From NCBI GenBank assembly GCA_023269085.1, contig JAHFML010000001.1, positions 11,966 to 75,965 of the forward strand: a stretch of DNA of 64,000 nt. Reading direction: 5' to 3'. This document shows, piece after piece, positions 9,175 through 18,318 of the stretch. The position numbers and the translations under genes were made by a program. Every line of letters starts with the position of its first letter. Within the stretch, counting starts at the first letter, position 1. The notes below the pieces were generated by a model, which saw only the letters and a list, made by a program, of their open reading frames with translations, was not told where the DNA came from and made no database searches. Origin of the DNA: a bacterium. GTDB lineage: Bacteria > Patescibacteriota > Minisyncoccia > Phycocordibacterales > Phycocordibacteraceae.

Positions 9175-9396
9175 TCAGTTCCTCCTTCTTGCTTCTTCCC
9201 GGAGGGCTTCTACCCTGTCTTCGGCAATATCGAAATCTTTAGTCGCCTCCGCAAGCTTAGAAACTTCGTGACCGACACCTTCATGGATGAGCCTCGCGAC
9301 CTGTTCTGAGCATCTTTTTGCTTCAGAAACAGCTTGGCCCAAGCGCGTCATGAGATTATCTTCCTTCAGCAACAAGTCTTTCATAATGAACTCCAA
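9175..9396 (-). CDS. Hypothetical small coiled-coil protein (73 aa)
   Basis: ORF only. Charged, helical composition. Confidence 0.3.
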   Translation of the reverse strand: MEFIMKDLLLKEDNLMTRLGQAVSEAKRCSEQVARLIHEGVGHEVSKLAEATKDFDIAEDRVEALREEARRRN

Positions 9397-9619
9397 AGAA
9401 CTAACCGTTTTCAGACTACCCTTCTAGGAAGGGATTCGCAATACGCACAGCGCGAGACTTTGGTAGTTATGTCCTCGCCAAGCAAGTCATCGAAGACCTC
9501 GTTGCCGCTCGAGTGATTGGTCTCGGATCCGCGAGCTGATGCTCGCCCGAATACCGGCGACCCTTCCCAGGGTCGCCGGAGTTGTTTTTATCCTGCGCCG
9601 ATGCGAGTACAATGAGCCT

Positions 9620-9904
9620 ATGAAATCCATCGGCGAGATGATGCCGGAGTTTGAGCGAAGACAGACGGCCGCGCCGAAGGGGCGGAAGCGTCTCACCGAG
9701 CGCGGTGAGCTGATGAAGTTTTTTTTACGCCATGTGAATCACGCCCGAGCGCGCGACGGCCTTGAGCCGATGACCATGGCGCACATGGGCGTCACGCTCG
9801 AGCAGATCCCGACGGCCGATCTCTATTATCTGAAAAGCGTTTGCAGTCAGGCTAAAGATTTCTCCAAGCGCTTCTGGTGGGAGCTCGACCCCGACAAACA
9901 CTAA
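9620..9904 (+). CDS. Hypothetical protein (94 aa, start at MKSIGEMM)
   Basis: ORF. The longer upstream extension of the track ORF is unlikely to be coding. A REP copy follows its stop. Confidence 0.35.
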   Translation: MKSIGEMMPEFERRQTAAPKGRKRLTERGELMKFFLRHVNHARARDGLEPMTMAHMGVTLEQIPTADLYYLKSVCSQAKDFSKRFWWELDPDKH

Positions 9905-9914
9905 CCTTGGCAAC

Positions 9915-9937
9915 GGGTGGACACCTAGTGTCCACCC
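9915..9937. repeat. REP-like palindrome gggtggacac-cta-gtgtccaccc, copy 1
   Basis: 10-bp stem with a 3-nt loop. Core 14-mer gacacctagtgtcc is shared by six sites in the window. Confidence 0.85.
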
Positions 9938-9940
9938 GAG

Positions 9941-9959
9941 TTGGACATCGGATGTCCAA
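9941..9959. repeat. Second palindrome ttggacatc-g-gatgtccaa adjacent to REP copy 1
   Basis: 9-bp arms. Shares ggacatcg/gatgtcc with the holB-internal element. Confidence 0.6.
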
Positions 9960-9999
9960 GTTAGTGCGACCGTGCCGTTTTCTGCTACAATCACGAGAC

Positions 10000-10566
10000 A
10001 TGAAAGAAATCGTGCAAGACGGAGCACCGGTGCTCCGCGATATCGCGAGTCTCGTCCCCGAGGACATGTTCGGCGGCCATGAGCTCGCGCAGATTATCGC
10101 CGACATGAAGACCGCCCTCGACCCCGAGCTCGAGGGCGTCGCTATCGCCGCACCGCAGATAGGCGTCTCGTATCGCATCTTCGTCGTGCGCAAGGATCGT
10201 ACCGTGACCCCTCCGCCGATGGACGACCAAGGTTCGACCTTAGCCCGAGATTCTCAAGGTCGAACCTTGAATGCGCCAAGCTACGAAGTCTACATCAATC
10301 CTGAAATTATAAAGACCTCGCGACGGCGCGCGAGCGTCGACGAAGGATGTCTCTCGGTGCGCGGTATCTACGGCTCGACACGGCGACATGAGCGCGTCAC
10401 CGTTCGCGCGCGGAATAGTGATGGCTCCCGCTTCGAGCGCGGCGGCGGCGGCATCATGGCGCAGATATTCGAACACGAGGTCGACCATTTGAACGGCATC
10501 CTCTTCACCGACCATGCCGAGCGTCTTGTCCACATCGAACATGAACCAAATGAGCGTATCACCTAA
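10000..10566 (+). CDS. def: Peptide deformylase, carrying an in-frame insertion of about 14-16 aa derived from a palindromic element
   Basis: Motifs GVAIAAPQIG, EGCLS and HEVDHLNG in the canonical order. Start taken at MKEIVQDG. Confidence 0.85.
   Translation: MKEIVQDGAPVLRDIASLVPEDMFGGHELAQIIADMKTALDPELEGVAIAAPQIGVSYRIFVVRKDRTVTPPPMDDQGSTLARDSQGRTLNAPSYEVYINPEIIKTSRRRASVDEGCLSVRGIYGSTRRHERVTVRARNSDGSRFERGGGGIMAQIFEHEVDHLNGILFTDHAERLVHIEHEPNERIT
10228..10269. repeat. Palindromic hairpin element, family B copy 2, located inside the def CDS (arms caaggttcgacctt / aaggtcgaaccttg, 14-nt loop)
   Basis: Seen directly. 42 nt. Lies between def motifs 1 and 2, where this Def is about 16-20 aa longer than the E. 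coli spacing (recalled from memory). Confidence 0.8.
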
Positions 10567-11377
10567 GTTTGCCTTCTTCGGCACGCCGGCTGTTGCGGCG
10601 ACAACGCTTGCACATCTTATTGAAAACGATTTTATCCCAACACTCGTCGTCACCTCGCCCGACGCACCGCGCGGGCGTGGCCTTGTCCTAACTCCGTCGC
10701 CGACCAAGGTGCTCGCGCTCGAAAACAGCATCCCCGTCATGACACCGAGCGTGCTCGACGAAAGTGCTATTGCTGATATTAAAAAATATACTTGCGAATA
10801 CGCCGTCGTGGTCGCCTACGGCAAGATATTCCCCGACGCGTTCTTCACTGTGTTTCCTCGAGGCATGTTGAATGTGCACTACTCTCTCTTGCCGAAATAT
10901 CGCGGCGCGACGCCGCTCGAAACCGCACTCTTGCGGGGCGAAAAGGAAACTGGTGTGACAGTACAGAAGGTCGTGTGCGAGGTGGACGCGGGTGATATTC
11001 TCGCACAAGAAGCGATTCAAATTGGTGCGGGAGAAACTGCGCGCACTCTCCGACCGCGACTCATCGAGATGGGCGCTGAGCTCCTCGTCGCGACGCTTCC
11101 GGCATTTGAGCGTGGCGAGGTCCGCGCCGTGCCGCAAGACTCCTCTCGCGCCACGCGCGCCTACAAGATAAAAAAAGAAGACGGCCTCCTCGACCTCGCG
11201 GGAGATGCACGAGAGAATTGGAACAAGTATCGCGCCTACGCCGACTCTATCGGCACATATTTTATGAAAGAGGGGAAACGAGTGAAGATTACGGACGCGG
11301 AATTTGTCCGTCAGCCGACGGACAAATTCCGCGTCCTGCGCATCATCCCCGAGGGCAAGCGCGAGCAAGACTTCTAA
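10550..11377 (+). CDS. fmt: Methionyl-tRNA formyltransferase
   Basis: N-terminal FFGTP formyl-transferase fold, SLLPKYRGA motif and a C-terminal domain. Overlaps the def end by about 17 nt. Confidence 0.85.
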   Translation: MSVSPKFAFFGTPAVAATTLAHLIENDFIPTLVVTSPDAPRGRGLVLTPSPTKVLALENSIPVMTPSVLDESAIADIKKYTCEYAVVVAYGKIFPDAFFTVFPRGMLNVHYSLLPKYRGATPLETALLRGEKETGVTVQKVVCEVDAGDILAQEAIQIGAGETARTLRPRLIEMGAELLVATLPAFERGEVRAVPQDSSRATRAYKIKKEDGLLDLAGDARENWNKYRAYADSIGTYFMKEGKRVKITDAEFVRQPTDKFRVLRIIPEGKREQDF

Positions 11378-11724
11378 CGGCCGAAGCGCAGCATCCGCTT
11401 GAGCGCTGCGCCGCCGCGCCGCACGAAGCCGCGCTTCTTCCCTTGCGAGTTCTGCACCTCGCGCACGAGGTCATCACGCACCCGATCGACCGCACCCTCT
11501 AGGGTCGAGCTCTCGGCCTCGGCACGGAAGAGCTTCCCCTGCAGCGAGAGATTCCCCTCGGCATGATACTTCGCACCCGCGCGCTCGACCGCGATCGACT
11601 GCTCGATCTCACAGGTGAGCGCGCCGTCACCGGCAAACTTCTCAAGCGCTGAAAACTTCTCTTCGATAAGCTCCCGCATCGAGAGCGGCAGTTCGTGATT
11701 CGTTGCTTTGATAGTGATATTCAT
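11374..11724 (-). CDS. hpf: Ribosome hibernation promoting factor / ribosome-associated inhibitor A family
   Basis: 116 aa, MNITIKATNHELP..., a typical YfiA/HPF fold sequence. Confidence 0.75.
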   Translation of the reverse strand: MNITIKATNHELPLSMRELIEEKFSALEKFAGDGALTCEIEQSIAVERAGAKYHAEGNLSLQGKLFRAEAESSTLEGAVDRVRDDLVREVQNSQGKKRGFVRRGGAALKRMLRFGR

Positions 11725-11735
11725 AGTGCAGAATC

Positions 11736-11954
11736 TTAGTTGCTAACCCCTACCATTTTACCTCGAGAACGGTGTCCTGTCAGGATATGCACATCCTCAA
11801 CCCGTGCGCCGAATCGGAGCGCGACGAGCTCGCAGACCCGCCTATTCGCATGGTTCCCGCTCGCCGGCTCTCGCACGGCAATAAGGAGCGTGTCGCCCTT
11901 TTCTTCGACACTCTCCCGCCGCGCCCCCGGCGTCACGAATACTTTGAGGTACAT
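11736..11954 (-). CDS. YggU-like DUF167 protein
   Basis: 72 aa from M(YLKVFVTPGARRESV...GNHANRRVCELVA). The rest of the track ORF is Arg/Ser-rich and unlikely to be coding. Confidence 0.5.
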   Translation of the reverse strand: MYLKVFVTPGARRESVEEKGDTLLIAVREPASGNHANRRVCELVALRFGARVEDVHILTGHRSRGKMVGVSN

Positions 11955-12018
11955 AGGCGCATGATAGCAAACAACAACGCGCGCCGCAGAGCGGCGCGCG
12001 TTGTGCTTTTTGATCTCG

Positions 12019-12228
12019 TTAGATCTTGCTTGCGTTGAGAGCGTTCTTGCCCTTCGGGCTGTCACCGATCTCGAACGAAAGCCTGTCCCCTTCGCGAAGC
12101 TCGTCGAACGAAATGTTCTGGAGCTCGTTGGAGTGGAAGAAGAGGTCCTTGTCACCGGCGGCGGCACCATCAATCTTGATGAAGCCGAAGCCGTTGTCAT
12201 TCTTCTTGACGACTGTTCCTTGTGTCAT
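12019..12228 (-). CDS. Cold-shock protein (CspA family)
   Basis: 69 aa. GFGFI (RNP1-like) and DLFFHSNEL motifs. About 120-nt 5' leader. Confidence 0.85.
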   Translation of the reverse strand: MTQGTVVKKNDNGFGFIKIDGAAAGDKDLFFHSNELQNISFDELREGDRLSFEIGDSPKGKNALNASKI

Positions 12229-12349
12229 GCTGTGAAATGAAATATTCGACTAAAGTATCAATTCAGGCGCCGAAGATAGAAGCTCGATCCCACTTCTCTG
12301 GATCCAACTCTGGTTGATGTATTGAGCCTATCATGCCTCAATTATTTTG

Positions 12350-13342
12350 TCAAATCGCATTCAACGCGGTGCGGGTGCGCGGGCCGACCGAGCCGACCAC
12401 TTCGAGCCCGTGCGCTTTTTGAAAGTTCTTCACCGCGGCGGCCGTGAGCGTGCCATAGTAGCCGGTTATGGGGCCGGCGTAGACACCAAGCGTCGTGAGC
12501 TTGTTCTGGAGCGCCGTCACGGCCGCGCCGCGCGAGCCGAGAGCGAGATAGGTGGTGAAGCGGTAGGCGCTCGTGTTCGCGCTCGGAGTTGCCGGCGCCG
12601 TACTCGGCGCCGGAGTGGTTGGCGCGGGCGCTGTCGTTGCCACCGCGCTCGTGGTCGTCGCGACGTTTGGCGTCGTCGACGCGACAGGATTGATCACCGT
12701 CACCGGCACGATCGTCTGCGCGCTGTGCCCCTGAGAGTCCCACGCGCGCACCGTGAGCGCATGCGTCCCCAAGTCATCGGTGGTCGGCTTCCATGAAAAC
12801 GCACCGTTCGCATCGACATTGCTCTGTACGAGCGTCGTCATCGCCGTCGCATCATAGACGCCATAACTCGGCATGACGAAGCCGGGCGCCACAATACTGA
12901 AGGTGACAGGACTGCGCACCACGACCGTCCCGCTCGTTGGCAACAAATTAGACACGACAACGGTCTTACTCGTGACGATAATCGTCACGGTCGACGATGC
13001 GGCGTGCGTATAGGCATCGCTCACCGAGACCATAATAACGTGCCTCCCTGCGTCCCCCGACGCGGGCGTCCATGTGAAGAACCCGATGTTGTCGATATGC
13101 CCGCCCGGCCCAGCGGCTATCGCGGCAGTCGGCGCGAAGGCGTCGGCGATCTGGTAGACCGGATCGATGAACCCTGACGCGAGCGCTGAAAACGAGACTG
13201 GAGTCCCCGGATCAATCGCACCCATGGGCGACACCCCGGCGATATAGACTGATCCGCCCGCCGCGTGCGCTCGCGCAGTAACGCCGACACAAGAAATAAG
13301 TATACAGAGACTGAAAACAAGCCCGCATGATATATATTTCAT
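12350..13342 (-). CDS. Secreted repeat protein with a C-terminal peptidoglycan-binding (PG_binding_1-like) domain
   Basis: Signal peptide, Ig-like repeats, Thr/Pro/Ala linker, C-terminal YAGPITGYYG...NFQKAHGL. Confidence 0.55.
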   Translation of the reverse strand: MKYISCGLVFSLCILISCVGVTARAHAAGGSVYIAGVSPMGAIDPGTPVSFSALASGFIDPVYQIADAFAPTAAIAAGPGGHIDNIGFFTWTPASGDAGRHVIMVSVSDAYTHAASSTVTIIVTSKTVVVSNLLPTSGTVVVRSPVTFSIVAPGFVMPSYGVYDATAMTTLVQSNVDANGAFSWKPTTDDLGTHALTVRAWDSQGHSAQTIVPVTVINPVASTTPNVATTTSAVATTAPAPTTPAPSTAPATPSANTSAYRFTTYLALGSRGAAVTALQNKLTTLGVYAGPITGYYGTLTAAAVKNFQKAHGLEVVGSVGPRTRTALNAI

Positions 13343-13371
13343 GCTCCTATTCTACAACAAAGAATCCCTGA

Positions 13372-14364
13372 TTAGGACTTCAGCCCGTCAATAACTTCCA
13401 CACTTTCCTTCGCGTCGGTAAGGAACTTCTTAACAATCTCGAGATTCGCATTGTCCTCTTCACTCGGCGTCTCACCGCTCGCGAGCAGATGGCCCTCGTA
13501 TTCGGCGAGATCGTCCGTGAGCCAGAGGTACGCCGCGAATAGCAAGTCTTCGTTCTTCTTGGTCTCGTCGACGATAATCACCATCATCTCGGGCACGGTG
13601 AATGCTTTCTTATACGGTCGGTCGGCAGAAAGCAGAGCTTGTTCTATATCGGCGAGATGCAACATATCTTCAAGGACGCTGATATGAAGCGCGCCTATGG
13701 TCGCAGAATATTTCTCTAGTTTTTTATTGCCGTAATTGTGATGGTGTGCGGCGATATATGCCTCAACGAAAAGCCCCGCTTTCTCAAGAATTTCTCCTGA
13801 AAATCTCTCGTGTTCCTTCATAATTTCCATAAGAGTTTCGTCGCCGGTGAATCCGAGACCTTGCACTCTTGTGAGATCCTCGGGTGAGAGCACTTCACGT
13901 GCCGGGCTACGATACTTTTTGCGATCGGTCTCATGGAGAATCGAAAGCGGCAGCAAGATCTTGCCGAAGTCATGACCAATACATCCATTCTCGAATTCGT
14001 CTTCGGACACTCCCTCATTTTTCGAAAGGCGCCTGAAAGAGGTTCCCGCGATAATCTTATCCATCTTCATCTGTGCGATTCGGTAGGTCTCGCGACTATG
14101 CCGTGCGGTACCGGGATCGTACAGATCCTCAAGCGTGAATATCGCGCGCACCGTCTCATTCTTAAGATTGATCCCGTCGAGATCATACTCTTTGCTCACG
14201 CGCTTTTCTTCTTCTTCGAGCAATCCCTCCTGCTGGAGCATCTCGAGAGCTTTCCCCGGGTAGATTCCCATTCGTGCAATCGCTTCGGCGCGCAGATGAT
14301 GAGCGTTTTCGAGCGACTCCCTTCCCGCAGGGTGCGGCTTCTCGGCGGTCTCTGGGCGGTGCAT
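13372..14364 (-). CDS. HD-domain phosphohydrolase family protein
   Basis: H...HD...H...D pattern (GHDFGK, HETD). 330 aa. Confidence 0.5.
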   Translation of the reverse strand: MHRPETAEKPHPAGRESLENAHHLRAEAIARMGIYPGKALEMLQQEGLLEEEEKRVSKEYDLDGINLKNETVRAIFTLEDLYDPGTARHSRETYRIAQMKMDKIIAGTSFRRLSKNEGVSEDEFENGCIGHDFGKILLPLSILHETDRKKYRSPAREVLSPEDLTRVQGLGFTGDETLMEIMKEHERFSGEILEKAGLFVEAYIAAHHHNYGNKKLEKYSATIGALHISVLEDMLHLADIEQALLSADRPYKKAFTVPEMMVIIVDETKKNEDLLFAAYLWLTDDLAEYEGHLLASGETPSEEDNANLEIVKKFLTDAKESVEVIDGLKS

Positions 14365-14437
14365 AGATCTTTTACGTGTCCTTTAGATTATACATCGGGA
14401 AATGATGTATGGGAAGTTATGCACTCTGTGCTCGAGA

Positions 14438-14908
14438 TTAGTTCCCCGAGAGTTCAGGGACCGAGGTGGCGCTGTCGCCGGTACCGGCGGGTGCCTTACA
14501 GGCGACCGCAGATGTCCGATACTGGTTCCATGCGGCGACCTGTGCGGTCTGCCACGACTTCTTCGCTATCTTCATCGACGCGGTGAAGGTCGACCATGCG
14601 GTCTTGACTGACGACTTCATTGCGGCGAGCGTCGTCTGCGTGTACGCCTGTTTGAGCGCCGCGGCACGAGCGCTATGCGCCGTATTCACTGACTGCGTAT
14701 ACGCCATCATGGCCACCCCGATCGCCGCCTCGCGCGCGTTCACTGCCGCACCGACACATACAATCTTGGCAGCTGCCGATGCTGTCGTCGTTGCTGTCGC
14801 GTTAGCTGTTGCCGAGACTGTCCCAGGTGTCACCATCGCAAAAGCAGGGAGAGCTGCGGCCAATAAGCTGATTGCTACTGTCGCACCCATAAGTATCTTG
14901 CGTGTCAT
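14438..14908 (-). CDS. Hypothetical secreted protein (signal peptide MTRKILMGATVAISLLAAALPAFA)
   Basis: ORF with a clear signal peptide and an Ala/Thr-rich body. An overlapping plus-strand ORF was rejected. Confidence 0.35.
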   Translation of the reverse strand: MTRKILMGATVAISLLAAALPAFAMVTPGTVSATANATATTTASAAAKIVCVGAAVNAREAAIGVAMMAYTQSVNTAHSARAAALKQAYTQTTLAAMKSSVKTAWSTFTASMKIAKKSWQTAQVAAWNQYRTSAVACKAPAGTGDSATSVPELSGN

Positions 14909-15049
14909 AGATTCTTAAATTATTTTGCTACTAAAAAATTGATCCCTACCTTACTAGTGTACCATGACACACTCACTGTCAGTGACTTCCCCGTCACGAG
15001 TAATGAAAGCCCCGCGGAGCGCATGGCTTCCACGGGGTTATAGACTTCT

Positions 15050-15346
15050 TTAATATTTGCTTTCCTGCAGTTTTTTTTCTAGCTGTCTTTTCCGAGACAG
15101 CGCCTCTTTGTTATCGGGATCCAGCGACAGCGCAATCCGATACGCCTCGAGCGCGTCCTCGGGTTTGAGACGAAACTCATCAAGAAGTCCGTTCAGGACA
15201 TACATGTGAGCACGGAACTGCGCTTCCTGTTCGCCGCATTGAATTCGTGCATCGACGTCAACATCAGACCATCGTGACAAATCTTGCGCTACCGTCAACA
15301 ACGAAAACAGACTCAAAAGAACTGCAACGAACGACTTTTTCATCAC
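15050..15346 (-). CDS. Small secreted TPR-like protein
   Basis: Signal peptide plus a helical repeat (AYRIALSLDPDNKEA). 98 aa. Confidence 0.4.
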   Translation of the reverse strand: MMKKSFVAVLLSLFSLLTVAQDLSRWSDVDVDARIQCGEQEAQFRAHMYVLNGLLDEFRLKPEDALEAYRIALSLDPDNKEALSRKRQLEKKLQESKY

Positions 15347-15428
15347 GAATCTCCTTACAGAAGTGATGTATGTGGTTGGACTTCAATCTTTAATATATAA
15401 CTGTAGCTAAGCCGTGTCAACACACTCT

Positions 15429-16421
15429 TTATTTCCCTCGACCGAAATACTTTTTCAAGAGCGCGACATGCTGTCCGTAGGTGTCCGAGCAGTGGAGCGT
15501 CTTCGCGTTATCGTGAAAGTAGAAGAGGCAGGTCGTCTGCTTCGGGTTGAGCGCCGCGAGCACCGCCGCAATACTCGGGCTCGCTATAGGGCCGGGCGGC
15601 AGCCCTTCGTTCACATAGGTATTGTAGGGCGACTTGAGCGACAGATCTCGCGGGCGCACGGAAGGCCACCACCCCGTCTTCCCTTCTCTCGCATCAGCCT
15701 TCGCATACTGAACCGTCGCGTCGAGCTGCAGTCGCATATTGGTAAAGAGCCGGTTCCATATGATCCCCGATACAATCCTCATATCATTTTTGTCGCTCGT
15801 CTCTCGCTCGATCATCGACGCGATGGTGAGTGCGTCGTCGAGCGGGACGACTGCCGCGACCGAGGCGGGATAGTGCGCGATGATGTCATCGTCAAATCGC
15901 TGTCGCAACAGTATCCGCACCTGTGCCGGCGTCGTGCGCGGCGCGACGACATATGCCCCCGGGAGGAATTCACCTTCGGCGAGGGTGGTGCTCTCCGTCG
16001 AAGCGAGGAATGTCTGCTGATCCTCTTTACTCCAGCCAAGCGTGGTGCCGAAGGCAGCGGCTGCCTGCTCTCGGCGATATCCGGGATCAATCACGACAAC
16101 GCGCGAGCTCCCTATCGGTATCGCCGCGGCGAGCGACTCGTACCACGGCGTCTCCATGAGAGCGGCGGCGATGCTCGCGAAGAGATCCCCCGCCCCGCCG
16201 ACTGCCGCCATGAGGAATGGTTTGGCACTCGTCAGCTGTTCATTCACAACAGAACTTTCGGTAATAGTCTTGTCCTTCGGGTGCACCGTGACGGGGAATG
16301 GCTGGATCGTCGTCAGAGCGGGCGGCGCAGGCTGCTCCCACGATACAACGCTCGGCAGGGAGAAGAAAATCGCCGCGGCGCCGATGAGCCCGACACCGAG
16401 ATATGAGAGAACGCGTTGCAT
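15429..16421 (-). CDS. mltG: Endolytic murein transglycosylase MltG (YceG family)
   Basis: N-terminal TM segment, then SMIERET...IWNRL...MRLQLDATVQY, the YceG signature. Start taken at MQRVLSYLG. Confidence 0.75.
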   Translation of the reverse strand: MQRVLSYLGVGLIGAAAIFFSLPSVVSWEQPAPPALTTIQPFPVTVHPKDKTITESSVVNEQLTSAKPFLMAAVGGAGDLFASIAAALMETPWYESLAAAIPIGSSRVVVIDPGYRREQAAAAFGTTLGWSKEDQQTFLASTESTTLAEGEFLPGAYVVAPRTTPAQVRILLRQRFDDDIIAHYPASVAAVVPLDDALTIASMIERETSDKNDMRIVSGIIWNRLFTNMRLQLDATVQYAKADAREGKTGWWPSVRPRDLSLKSPYNTYVNEGLPPGPIASPSIAAVLAALNPKQTTCLFYFHDNAKTLHCSDTYGQHVALLKKYFGRGK

Positions 16422-16461
16422 AGTGCCATAGTAGCACCAAACTTTTTTCTTATCGCGATTC

Positions 16462-16490
16462 TTGACAGATAACACTTTCAGGACGATACT
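16462..16490 (+). promoter_or_regulatory. Candidate sigma70 promoter: -35 ttgaca, 17-nt spacer, -10 gatact
   Basis: Perfect -35 hexamer about 55 nt upstream of ATG 16521, with an aaggag RBS. Confidence 0.4.
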
Positions 16491-16520
16491 GCTGGCGGCG
16501 CATTAGAAAAGGAGATTGCC

Positions 16521-16928
16521 ATGTCAGCGTCAGCAGTGCTTAATGTTGAATTGGGCAACGAGATGGTCCGCACCGACTCTCCTGAATTTGCCCTCGCTCA
16601 ATACGTCGTTCTTTACAGTATGAAGCTCGTCAAGGAGGAGTTTCGGGCAGTGCATCCTGAAGTCCCCGATTATGCCATCGAGTGTCGAGAAGTCGCTTTC
16701 GCTTGGGCTCCCGGGGCACGGATCTTGCCTATCGAGCGATACGGCGTGGTCCCCACGCAAGCAACCGGGCTCTGCGACAAAACGCTTGCCGAGCTTGGGG
16801 TTGAAAAAGGGATGGTGATCATCCTCGACGGCGTGCAGATGGACAACAAGTCGCGCGCGTTCGTCTGCACTATGGTCTTGGTGTCGACCTACAATCGGCA
16901 ACTATCACCCAACGACCTCCCCAATTGA
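16521..16928 (+). CDS. Hypothetical protein (135 aa)
   Basis: Strong RBS (aaaggag N7 atg) and an intrinsic terminator downstream. Confidence 0.45.
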   Translation: MSASAVLNVELGNEMVRTDSPEFALAQYVVLYSMKLVKEEFRAVHPEVPDYAIECREVAFAWAPGARILPIERYGVVPTQATGLCDKTLAELGVEKGMVIILDGVQMDNKSRAFVCTMVLVSTYNRQLSPNDLPN

Positions 16929-16950
16929 AATGGGGAGTCGGGACAAGAAA

Positions 16951-16987
16951 AGAGCGTCTGCGGTATGACCGCGACGCTCTTCTTTTT
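16951..16987 (+). terminator. Rho-independent terminator (agagcgtc...gacgctct followed by tcttttt)
   Basis: 8-bp stem with a structured loop, plus a T-run. Confidence 0.6.
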
Positions 16988-17000
16988 ATCCCCGCTTCAC

Positions 17001-17804
17001 TCAAGCGAAATCCGCGAATCGCTGATAGAAACGGTAGCGCTCCTTCGCTTTGGCGATGCGTGCCATGATCTCCTGCTGGCGTAATGCTGTCGTCCGATCC
17101 AAGACGGACTGCAATACATACTCCCGCAAATCTGCCTGCGCAGTCTTCAGCAAAGTCTCAACGCCTGAACAATATTTACCGCAGACCGCACTCGCCGAAG
17201 AGACTTCGCGCAAGAGATGTTCCATCTTCGACGCTTCGAGGAGCTGAAGCACCGTGTCGACGCCCGAGCTCCACGCAGGAACATCCCCCGAAAGCTCTGT
17301 TGTGAACAACTTATCGAGGAAGACAGTCGCGACCGCTCCGACATACAAGAAACGTCGCCGTGGCTGAGCAGAACCCCAGAGAAGCAGAGCGTCATCAAAC
17401 GAGACAACCTCTTCCTTCCGCTTCGAGGCAATGATATGGCCATGATAATTCCCTTCGTTCTCATCGGGCTTTCGTGCAAACGAAAACATCGAAAGTACGA
17501 CACCGCCATTCGCATCCTCCGTTTCTCCGAAACGACCAATGCCAATTGCCTCGAAGAGGTGTACGAAACGAAGTATGTTGATCGTCCCGACGGAAAAGGG
17601 CTTCCTGTCCCGCGCCACCTTGAGCGACACAAAACACTTCCCTTTCAGGTTCTCTGCCATTTCTGCAATTTCGACTAACTGCTCAGGAACCGGATTGCCA
17701 TCTTCACCAATGCTGCAGGTAAGAAATGTTTCTCCGTTCTTTGATTTCGTCACGGCATAGGTCCCTTCCGGAATCGGTGCCAAGAGATTTCTGATTTCGC
17801 ACAT
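17001..17804 (-). CDS. Hypothetical protein
   Basis: ORF with start taken at MCEIRNLL. No recognisable motif. Confidence 0.35.
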   Translation of the reverse strand: MCEIRNLLAPIPEGTYAVTKSKNGETFLTCSIGEDGNPVPEQLVEIAEMAENLKGKCFVSLKVARDRKPFSVGTINILRFVHLFEAIGIGRFGETEDANGGVVLSMFSFARKPDENEGNYHGHIIASKRKEEVVSFDDALLLWGSAQPRRRFLYVGAVATVFLDKLFTTELSGDVPAWSSGVDTVLQLLEASKMEHLLREVSSASAVCGKYCSGVETLLKTAQADLREYVLQSVLDRTTALRQQEIMARIAKAKERYRFYQRFADFA

Positions 17805-17900
17805 AATTATCCTCCAAAAAATAAATGAACTACTTGGAACATATAACCACAAATATCCTACTCGTACAAGAAACCGCCCGCTCGCTTCGCTGAAGGTCTA

Positions 17901-18215
17901 TTACGCGATGAGCCCAGGATACCGCTTGTCGATATCTGTTTGAATCTCTTTGGCTTCACGAAGAAGCTCGGCGTCTTTTACCGATGCTAAAATCTCGAAT
18001 ACGATATCGAGCTTTGCGATGATCGCGACACCCTCTTCATGAGATTGGATATTCCCATCAAGATCTTGATGCATCTCTGAGACAAGGCGCGTGGCGTGGT
18101 TGCGTGGTGACTCTCGTTCGATACAAGCATCGTGACGCACACCCTGCATGAACGATGCAAACCCCTGGCTCCATTTTTCCATATACTCATATAGTAGCAC
18201 CCAAAGCGAAACCAT
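17901..18215 (-). CDS. Hypothetical protein
   Basis: ORF only. Confidence 0.25.
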   Translation of the reverse strand: MVSLWVLLYEYMEKWSQGFASFMQGVRHDACIERESPRNHATRLVSEMHQDLDGNIQSHEEGVAIIAKLDIVFEILASVKDAELLREAKEIQTDIDKRYPGLIA

Positions 18216-18318
18216 AGGCCCCTCACCGCGACCCTACCACCAACCGAGCCCTGCGCTCGGTTTTTTATTTCATCTGGTGCTTTGTACCAAGAGTAAGAGT
18301 TTGCGTGGGACGATTTGC

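Noticed and set aside
14466-14918. Plus-strand 150-aa ORF overlapping the minus-strand secreted-protein ORF
   Set aside because: The minus-strand frame has a textbook signal peptide. The plus frame has no features and the two mirror each other in Ala-rich sequence.
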